A DNA stretch of 62,323 bases, filler included, from Asterionella formosa (taxonomy: Eukaryota): assembly GCA_002256025.1 (NCBI GenBank). It is 10 parts of 10 records of this genome, joined end to end, with 100 filler letters (N's around TTAATTAATTAA, not from the genome) between each part and the next. Parts side by side here need not be neighbours in the genome. Positions count along the whole stretch, not along the records: positions 49,953 to 56,093 come from NKIB01012810.1; positions 56,194 to 62,323 come from NKIB01012811.1; 8 more parts are not named here. One strand, given 5' to 3'. The notes beneath the pieces were generated by a model. That model searched no databases. It saw only the letters and a program-made list of their open reading frames with translations, and had not been told where the DNA came from. A program made the translations under genes and the position numbers. This document shows, in pieces, positions 53,003-62,323 of the stretch. Position 1 is the stretch's first letter. Each line of letters begins with the position of its first letter.

Positions 53003-54977
53003 TTAAACTTCCGCGGCTCGGCTCAAGAATCTCCACAGGTCATCACGTCCCAATTTTGTCTCGGCAGAAGTTAAAATGACTGGAGCATTTCCAACCTTGC
53101 ATTGCTTCATTGTATCCCGAACCTTTTGCATCACTTCCTGTGTCACTTTCCCGGCATTTCCTTTGCTGGCACCCTTTACATTCTTGTCAGCCTTGGTGAG
53201 GACAACAACATATGTCACTCTCCGAGGCAATACTTCGCCCACAAGCTTCATAATCTTTGAATCTTCCTCTGTCGGTCCGTGCCTCGCATCCACCAAATGA
53301 AAAAGGACACGTAGTGTTTTGCGTGTTGTGATGTACTGTGACATGAACTCGGACCAGTCTCGACGAATGTGATCAGGGACCTTGGCAAACCCAAAACCAG
53401 GTAAGTCGACAATATTGAAGGAATCTGGATCCTTTTCTCCGACAATGACATCGCCATATTTGATTTCCCTTTCTCGATCTGGTTTGTCATTAACCGCAAA
53501 AAAGTTGAATTGTTGTGTCTTTCCAGGCGTCTTGCTGGTATAAGCGAGGGACTTACGGTTTGTGACCTTCGCGGAAATGGTTAGTGCCATTTTGCATTTG
53601 GAAGAAATTGTCTGGCGTCAGCCTCAATTCACCGACCCTTATGCACACAACACGCTATGGAGAACGTACCATATTGACAAGACTCGACTTGCCGACATTG
53701 GATCGACCAATGAATGCTGCTTCACCTCGATCCGCGTCAGGACACCCCTCCATATGTACAGCTCCAGTTAGAAACACAACTCTCCTTACCAAAGAGTTAC
53801 TCAAGGCTTCATATGTTCGATCATCGTTGAGGGCTGGAAAGGTGGTCATGGCATTTAAAACGGCATATACCAAGTTGCACGGCAGGTCGACATCAACTCC
53901 TTCACAAGGAACGACGGAACCATCTCTTCTCCCTGATTCACATTGAGCGGCACCTTGAATGATGCGGGTCCAAGGCAAATTCAATTGTTCGGCAGTGATG
54001 CCAGCACTTCGGACAATGGGTCCCAATTCAGCCATGCAGGCACAGGCCTTGACGGCCAATGATGGTTCGCCTTCGTAGAAATGGCGAGAAGCGATGGATG
54101 CCAAGGAAAGAGCTCTGTGTGTAATACGGGCCTTGTTTTCGTCATTGTCCATTGGAGTTCCCTATCAAGCAAAATAAAAGATATGTTAGCAGATACCAAC
54201 AACCACGCACCCAACGAGCAACCGAAGATTTACCTGTAAAGGAAGAGACAATTCATCTTCTAGCACTTCCAATGCATCTGTCACGTTATGAACCCTCAAC
54301 AAACCCCGGATGATGGCAGCACTCTCCATAGGCAACATGCCAATCCGATGATTGGTGTGTCGTTCATCCATGGCCCGCCTTGCCAAATTATGCTCTTGCA
54401 AATGAAGGGCAGCCACAGCCAATCTTGCCAAGAGGCTGCCTCTGTATCCATATGCAAATCTTTCATCCACTTCTTCTAACAGAAAGCGTGCAATCGCCCT
54501 GATGTCATGTATATCATGAAGGTTTTGAGCACGTTTGATAGCCTTGAGGACATCATCGGCAGTTGACGTTTCCTTGGAAAGGCTTGGGATTCTGGTCGAA
54601 TGCAAGTCAAACCTTCCCTCATTAGGAGCTGCCAAAACTTTGGCACGGTCTTCGAAATTATGTCTACGGTGATTTTTGTTCTTTCTTTGATCTTTTCTCT
54701 CTCGTTCTAGCGCTTTGCGTTCAGGGCGAGTGAGTTTTCGTTCATTATTGCTATCATCATCATCATCGTTGTCGTCGTCTCTACCTTGAAGTTCCTCTAT
54801 GATGAGATTAGACGCTGCATTCGAAAATAGAGTAGTACCAGTAACTGGGATAAGGCAAGAATAAAGTCGTGACGGTGTCACGAATTGCGGACCATGAAAG
54901 GCTTGAGTATGAATGATACTGGAAAAAATCACTCCAATTGTAGTAGCCATTGACGATAAGGATAATGAAGGCTTCAT
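53003..54977 (-). CDS. engB: EngB/YihA/YsxC-family GTPase with a long N-terminal extension, probably plastid-targeted; exons 54977-54234, 54161-53670, 53566-53003
   Basis: G1 GRSNVGKSS, SKTPGKT, G3 DLPG, LVDARH, G4 TKAD, G5 TSA; in-frame GT-AG introns; leader ...IIHTQAF-HGP. Confidence 0.9.
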
Positions 54978-55508
54978 AGCTTGCCTTCGTGTTTCGAATG
55001 ATAGGCTGCTGCTGCTGCTCCTGCTCGTTCTCCTCGCCCGAAGCGTCACCTTTTGATCTCAACTTTATCGACAAAAGAGAACAAGGCTGCCATCACTTCA
55101 TCTGATTTCATCAGAAAAAACATCTCATGATGTTGGGAAGTAAAGCATGTACCAGTATTATAGTCTAGGTCTCTGCATGCCGGTATTTGTCTGTAACATG
55201 ATACAGCAGACCATAGGTCTCCTCATTTGATTGGCTGATGGGGATCGACAATTTGGGCCAGTGATGGTGTATGTAGGAGCCATCATCATAAACCGGTGGT
55301 CTAGTCAGTCGTAAGGAGTAGTAAGCATGTGCCATTCGAAGTACATATGTAGGGTAGCTACCAGGTATCACGCGTTAGATGACCATGCCATGATACACCC
55401 AAAACACCATGAGTCTACGGTAGTCTACCAGAACCTGGTAGATTATACCACATATCCAATCGTAGAGTTCACAAAACAGAGTACCTGGTACCTGGTGCTC
55501 CGTACATA

Positions 55509-55598
55509 CCGTATACTTCATTGTCCTGGACCCCCCAATGTACACTGCCGTGACTGAATTTGACTGATTTTACTTAAGGGGGGCCCAGGACAATGAAG
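55509..55598 (+). mobile_element. Isolated pogo-like terminus (TA|CCGTA...) with an internal 21-bp inverted repeat
   Basis: cttcattgtcctggacccccc (55516-55536) vs ggggggcccaggacaatgaag (55578-55598); same CCGTA start and inner inverted copy as the element at 1681. Confidence 0.55.
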
Positions 55599-55673
55599 AG
55601 ATTTCCCTTATAATGGACCTAAGTAAATTTCTTTAGTTCTACAGGATAGCGCACATTTTTCTAAGATGTATTA

Positions 55674-55955
55674 GGCCGTTGCTAACCGTTGACCCAAACC
55701 AAAACCCAAAAACTTTTTTTTTGGATTGGTTTTGGTTTTGGTCAACTGACGAAAAAACGATGCTATCGGTTTTTGGGAAGTCCTAAATGCTGTCAACCAC
55801 CCATCTACTGTGACGTAGGATGACAAAACCATTATAAAAAAAGTAAAATATTTCTATTAGACTAGTTATATAAATGAAATATTATGATTCCCATTTGGGA
55901 ATTAGTTAGTTTTTCCCGCAATTTGAGCGATGTTGCTGTCTTGTCATTGAACTAC
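55674..55955 (+). mobile_element. Harbinger-type MITE fragment, inverted copy of 50175-50462
   Basis: tta|ggccgttgctaaccgttgacccaaacc...; ~280-bp reverse-complement match. Confidence 0.8.
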
Positions 55956-56002
55956 CTGGTACCTGGTACCTGGTACCTGGTACCGGTACCATGGTACCTG
56001 GT
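55953..56002. repeat. (TACCTGG)n heptamer tract
   Basis: tacctggtacctggtacctggtacctggtaccggtaccatggtacctggt. Confidence 0.9.
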
Positions 56003-56211
56003 AGTACACAACGGTAAATGTACCAACAATCCTTTGCTGGCCTCATCCTGTGGTGCGATCCACAAAAAATCTTTTCCTTGACACGAAATATACNNNNNNN
56101 NNNNNNNNNNNNNNNNNNNNNNNNNNNNNNNNNNNNNTTAATTAATTAANNNNNNNNNNNNNNNNNNNNNNNNNNNNNNNNNNNNNNNNNNNNACGTATT
56201 CATTAACAGCA

Positions 56212-57071
56212 TCAAAACACTTTTGACTTGTTGCTTGACTTGGTCAATGCATCCAACTGGTTCAAGCTCCTTCGTTTTGGAGCAGGATACTTTTCGGTCG
56301 CGACATCTTGTCTCTTGATCTCACGAGCACTCCACCATCCCTTCCCATACCAATGACAAAGCTGGGTGTTTTTTGGAATTTCTTCGAGAGTGATGAACTC
56401 CAATCCTCCCACCTTACCATTTCGGAGGCCAAAGTATTGAAATGTGGATCTGTACACAGCAAACGATGAGATTCGGTCGGGACAGTAATGGTTCCCTACC
56501 TACAAAACACCGAACTTACGCGAATATATAAAAATATATGCAATTATTCTTACCTCATATTCTGTCTCTCGCTGGGGCCTGGACAAGCAGCATACTGTAA
56601 AATATCTCCGGTCCCTTTGGGATTCAAGACTCCGTTATAATTGTCCGTCTTCAAGGTTCTTGTATATGGAATAAGGTTACGACCTGTCTTTCGATTGGGT
56701 GGATAATATGATATGCTACGATCTTCCTTGTTCGAAGTTGGACATTTGCCTCGGTAGCCCCAAAAGACCATGCGATAATCCTTGGGTAACGCCCAGTTGG
56801 CAACTAGAGTCTTTCCCGCAAATGGGTGGGACACGACCTTTACAGCAGCATCACCAGACTTTAAGTGAGCCTCGCAGTATGGAATTGGAATTGGCTCCCC
56901 TTCGCGAGATTCAACCATGGAAAGGCAACGAAAACCGGAACGTTTGTGAGCCCAGCATTGTATGCATTCGTTTGCTCGAGCGCGTCCTTGAGTGCTGATT
57001 CGAGGAATTGACTTTTTCTTAATGGTTCCCTTTTCAGTTCTTACTTGTTTATTTGCAGGGTTTTTACACAT
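56212..57071 (-). CDS. Divergent SET-domain-like protein with an N-terminal Cys/His module; exons 57071-56554 and 56449-56212; start uncertain
   Basis: Intron 56553-56450 (GTAAG...CAG) keeps frame; GKTLVA, LQYAACP, LEFITLEEIPKNTQLCHWYGKGWW resembles the SET C-terminal ELxxxYG motif; C..SG.RC...YCEAH. Confidence 0.65.
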
Positions 57072-57275
57072 GCTTGGATAAAATTAGGAACTAGTGATGC
57101 TGACTGGAGGAAGACTTGTTGTTGAAAGGAATTACAGCATCCAATACATGAAGATGCAATTTGTAGTGTTGTTCTGTGTCTATGCGTTATGATCTTTTTT
57201 TTAAACCAATGCTTGATGTACTCCCCCCATTCATGCATGATGTGCCCGGTGTATCGTAGTTGCAACCAAACTTCT

Positions 57276-60200
57276 TATTCACACCCTGAATTTTAGGTCA
57301 AACCGACACCTAAAAATTGGTCAGTACAAAATGTACACACGAGAATGACTTCTACCTCGGGCAGACCACACCCATCCATACAACCCTAATACAGAAAGCA
57401 CTGATATTATGCTTCACCTCGTGAAATTTCAATATATAGCTAATATAGTACCGGTATGTCTACTTCAATAATTGGATAGCATTTATATGAATTTTTAAGA
57501 TAATTAATTCACCTAAACCTCTTGACCAACTCCATGTTCAAAGGCATTGCTTGTCAGAAATCTGATTGGTACTGAAGAAATGCGGCTTTGCACCAACACG
57601 AACCTTGTTAGGCATGATTCTGAGATAGGCAGGCCACTTTGTGCGCTCTAGATGCCGGCGTCGGTCCTTTGGAGTAAATGTAGGAACTCCCAATGAACTA
57701 GCCACAATATCAAATGCTTTCCTACAATGCAAATCTGACATCTCCTGATGTAGCAACCCTTTTTCATGTGCAGCCAAATCTAACCTCCTCATGAGAAGCA
57801 TGAATTCCTCTAGCCTTCGCCTCCCATCTGTCAAAAAATCAACATCCATGGGCTTCAAAAACTTCATGGCACACTGCCCTGACACTGTATCCTTTGTGTG
57901 CCATAGTTTGTATGCAACAAGGAGGCCGCATTTTAGGAATTTCCAGTTGGGAGGAATAACCCGTCTAATCTTTCCCTTGTGAATCCAAATTTTTTGTTCA
58001 CCCATCAATTCAGTATGATCTGTACCATTGCCAGTAGCTGACCATGGCATATTGTTTGCTGTTGTTGGTATCCTTTGATCTAGCTCCTCAACAAACTTTT
58101 TTCGACTTTCTTCCAAAATGGACTTCATTCTTGTCTCTGATAATGTCCCACCCATGGTATGGTCATCCAACATTTTTTCGACACCTTCTAACACTCCTGG
58201 CTGTATTTCTGAAACAATGGTCTTGATCTGCTCAATTGCAGAAAGCTGGACAACATGAGGCGGAACTCCAGTCAGCTTCATAACACACTTCTGTGCAATG
58301 CTATCATTTTCCCAAGGATACACTACTCTGGCTGACAGAATCCCGCAATTCAATAAATTCTTGTTTCCTGAAAATAGGCGACATTGCAAGTGGTGAATTG
58401 GTGTGGAATTCATTTGCAGCATCAAAATGGTGAAGCATTGATGCTATTCCAAACCGTAGTGTCTTTCTGATGCACACTAAATCCTGTAGTTCTCCAAAAC
58501 ATGCTTTCAACATGGTAGAAACCTTTTGATTCAAATCCATCTGTTTTTTTCTCACAATAGCCACTGCCTCGGGAACACCAACAGTACTATGATAAAAGAA
58601 ATCCGGTGCAGAAGCGCCAAACTTAGCAGATAGTACATTCATACCACTCAAAATTCGACCTACATACTGGTCACCAGCACGCCGCTCATACAGCATATAA
58701 ACATCATGTACACCTCCCAAAGTCCACCCACCCCGGTTATTGACTGAAACACTTGAAGGAGCTGCAGTTGTACCACTAGAAGCATATGTACCTGCACCTT
58801 TCCAAATGGAATGTACACCTAGTATGTCATTAGGTTCATAGCCAAGTTCAAGTAGCTCATCCTTGTGCTTTTCTAGCACACAAAGTAGGATAGCCCCAAA
58901 TCGTTCCTCTTGCTTGGGACCTGGGAATAGCATACCATTCCCATCCTGGAAGAGCTTTGGGAAGCACAACAGGTACTCTGTAACAGCAGTCACACAGCAC
59001 ACATGATAATTGTCAGGGTTTGTGTAAATATGGCGGGGATGCCAGTTCCTTGATCCTGCAGGGTCATTCTTAACATGTGAAAATGAAATTCCAAATGCAT
59101 CAGCCCTCCACATAAGATGCTTCAAGCACAAACAGGTATTTACTCCCCTACACATCAAATTCCAAGTCAATGACATGAAAGCACGACCAAAAATACCCTC
59201 ATGTGACCTCTCCTCAAGTAGCCATATCATCGATTTTTCATAAACCTCGAAAGTAACTTCTTGTTTGCCCATTTCCACAGAACCAAGGCCTTCCTGTGCA
59301 GCCATTGACACAACGCGTACAACTCCTTCCATGTACTTGTCCACATTCTCTGAAAAATCGTCACTTGCCCTGAACTTGTGGCGCTTGAACAGATTATTCA
59401 AGATTGATCGCTTGTTCATATAAACTTTTCCCTTCAAAGGCACACCATTATTCTTCAAATTCGAGCTCAAGTATGTTGTGTAGTGCTTATAGACCATACC
59501 ACTAAAATCAAAGGGTGCAGGACTATTCTCCTTGTCCAACCATTCCCTAATAACAACTCTTGCAGCAGCTTCCCTCTTCTTCTGTGAAATTCCTTGGTCG
59601 TCTGTGATTGCTACATGAATCTGGCCAGATAATATTGGGTTGATCAAACTCATCTGTCTATCCCTTGTTTCCTTGTCAGATTCATTCTTGTGCCCAAGTA
59701 ACAACCACATTATTAGTTTCACAACTTCATTCCGATTATTGTCTCTGGTTGATTGTGCTCTATTTAGCTTTGGACATTCATCAGGTAACATCTTCTTCTT
59801 CGTTTCTTCCACCAAGCGATCATGCTCACTTTGTTTTCTTGTTGTTGTTGTAGTGCCAGTTTCATATCCTACTTGCTGCTCAAACCAATCTCCTCCTCCC
59901 ACAAAATATTCGAAGTCATCCTTGCCTTCAAATGATCTTCCATATTGCATGAAGCATCCAAGACAAGTCAAAAGGCTTGAATTTGAATTCGTCTCTCCGC
60001 AAAGGGGATGTATCGCTCCATCACAGGAAACACATCGGTGGCTGATTGCAGCATGAGGAAATTCGCCACTTTCTTTACGCATCATCTTACAGGCATTGCC
60101 TAGGCAGCATGGAGCGAAGTTGGGCGTAGAGTCCATTCTTTAATCAACAATCTGAAAGCTTTGAAAGAGTAACGATAATTTCTGATCTTATATTTCAATC

Positions 60201-60540
60201 AAAAAATTGAATCATCAGTACTCTATATATACAGAATCATAGCACCTACTAAAGTGCGGCTCATGGTGACTTCATGACACTCCCAGCACCTACGGGAGGC
60301 GATCCATCAACTATTTTACTCTGCGCAAATGTATCGAAAGCAGCGAGTCATTGTTAGGTTTTTCCGCACCTAAAATTCCAAGAACTGAAAAGGAAGTTTA
60401 AGTTGTCTGTAGCCTTGTACCGGGGTTCGTCTGTAGGACGAGAAAATATTCTCAATCAGCCATTTCCTGAATTTTAGGTGCGGAATAACCTAAAATGACC
60501 CTCAGGGGCAGTTAATTTAACCTAAAATTCCCCACCTTCT
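57276..60540 (-). mobile_element. Crypton (tyrosine-recombinase DNA transposon), 3265 bp, bounded by CTTCT direct repeats (57271-57275, 60536-60540)
   Basis: YR ORF; subterminal inverted arms gaattttaggt (57288-57298) and acctaaaattc (60520-60530); empty target site visible at 60762-60780. Confidence 0.88.
57538..60136 (-). pseudogene. Crypton tyrosine recombinase with an N-terminal Cys-rich finger; one ancestral ORF split by a frameshift near 58325
   Basis: WNLMCR (R), HVKND (K), HSIWKG (HxxR with R->W), RGGW, DVY (Y), GDQYVGR; second frame continues TGVPPHV...PPNWKF...YKLWH. Confidence 0.88.
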
Positions 60541-60931
60541 GTGCCCCCATCAAGTGCAAGCTCCGATGGTTATTCGCCTGTTTTAATATACCGGTAGCCG
60601 GGTTCACCAGCAGAGTAGCCGCCCGTGGCTTGTAGTAAGTTGGAAATTTAGGATCAGAAAATATTTGTTTTGCATACATAAACATAGAGTCGTTTTATTC
60701 GATGAAATGCTTTATGTTCTCCCCCCACTCATGCATTATGTGCCCAGTGTATCGTAGTTGTAACCAAACTTCTGTGCCCCTATCAAGCGCAAGCTCCGAT
60801 GGTAATTCTCCTGCTTTAATATAGCCGGGTGCACCAGCAGAGTAGCCGCCAGTGGCTTGTATTATGTTGGAAATTTAGGATCACAAAATATTTGTTTTGC
60901 ATACATATACTTAGAGTCGTTTTATTCGATG
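60536..60931 (+). repeat. ~230-bp tandem duplication of the Crypton target region
   Basis: 60536-60702 matches 60769-60931; the intervening 60705-60773 matches 57207-57275 on the far side of the Crypton. Confidence 0.9.
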
Positions 60932-62323
60932 TTCATTTCGGCATCAGTGAATGTGTATGAATATACCAGTCATCAACAATGAATCATCTCTTAGCAACAC
61001 ATGCATGCCATTTACGCTCAGCCACAACCTTGCACTCGATCACCTCTCTCACCATGAGGAATACCTCCATTTGTCATTGTTTGATCCTCATCATCTAAGC
61101 CTTGCTATATGATCAACCAGCATTGTCTCCTTCCTGATTGGAAGGTTGTGGGAAGAAGAAGTCGAAATCAAAATTGGAAGTGGTTAAGTGAGACCATTGA
61201 TCAGAGTGTCTTGGAAGGGAGGATTAATTGATTTTTTGTGTCGACAATAGAATGCCTTTGTCGATCAAGGATGCATGGATGAAATTTCTGATGCATGTTA
61301 TGGGAGATGCATGATCTTTGTTATTGTGTCTTGGAATAGGAATATGTATCCATTCAAACTTATATTCTGCACTTGAGTGTCTGAAGACACATATATACCA
61401 CTACACTTCTGTTCATGAACTTCTTTGGAGGAGAGAAAAGAAGCTGGATGACTGTATCTCAAACACAATGTATTTCGGTCTTCATACTTTCATACGTTGA
61501 TATACTTTAGCAAAGTGCAAGAAGGTTGACTCAGGCATGCATTGTACTGCTACACCACACGTGTTTTGTAATGGAGCTATATCATCAAACTTAGCTAGTA
61601 CTCTTTCCACTTACTACTGTGTGTTATTGATTATATTCTAGCATGTATTATCTTCCCTAGTTTTGAGTTTCATCATACTTCTAATGGTCCATTCCTCCAC
61701 CTTAGACCAAATGTCCTGTTAATTTCGCTTAGTAGCTAATAGCAAGTCAATTGCTAGTGCTTATGGTCACACCAATGCAAAAAATCGGTAAATACTCAAA
61801 GGAAATAAGTGCCCTCACAGATCCATCGACTCATTCTATTGGTCCAAATGTTTACAATGCTCTAAGTGGTGATGGATCTGTGAGATTACAGCAAGGAACA
61901 ATGAAAAGCGACAGTCGGTTAAGGCCATTATCAAGGTAAAACAACATGTATTTTTGCATCATAATTATTTCAGTAGAAGGGTTAGGGTTATTGTTTGTAC
62001 TAGGTCTGCATGAGCCTGCCCGATATTCTCAAACTTTGCACTTAGCCATTTTATAAAATTATTGCGAACAGAATGGTGTAGGTGAACCTGACCTCGTTTT
62101 ATTTTTTTGCGCATTTTTTGTAGCATCATGTCCCGATTGGAATCTTTGCTCAGGACCCCCTTTTTTCGTTGACCCTTCACTAAACACTGACCAATGAGAC
62201 ATAACACGAAGGATTTGACGCCAGAACAGCGACAATGCATTGTCGATTGCTTGCTTCATGACCTCAAAAGGGAGGCTGATGAGACCGTTGGCATGGATGG
62301 CCAGCTCGCCATAAATCCGGGTG

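Overview
Eukaryotic DNA, most likely from a diatom or related stramenopile. The evidence is short GT-AG introns with CTAAC/CTCAC branch points, a signal peptide plus 'AF' plastid-type leader, and diatom-type transposon families. The window is not one locus. It is ten contigs of about 6.13-6.16 kb joined by artificial 100-nt N/TTAATTAATTAA/N linkers, so adjacency across linkers means nothing. Host genes: a GDP-mannose-type nucleotide-sugar transporter, an armadillo-repeat protein, two Pro/Thr-repeat secreted or membrane proteins, a TLC-domain protein, a SAM-methyltransferase with a MYND-like finger, a probable plastid EngB GTPase, a divergent SET-like protein and two gene fragments. Much of the remainder is transposon-derived: Plavaka-like, pogo/DDE_1, APE-RT(-RNase H) LINEs, copia/CoDi-like LTR elements, Harbinger-type MITE ends and a Crypton. 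Three observations stand out. (1) A Crypton tyrosine-recombinase element has its exact ends (57276-60540, CTTCT junction) defined by an empty copy of its target 230 bp away, and it carries loxP-like dyad sites, two of them inverted around a 90-bp segment upstream of the ORF. (2) A copia-like element has splice signals placed so that splicing would remove the whole gag ORF and give a pol-only mRNA. (3) A mucin-like membrane protein has a duplicated domain carrying RRRL/RRRI motifs. All family assignments come from motif recognition by eye; no database searches were run.
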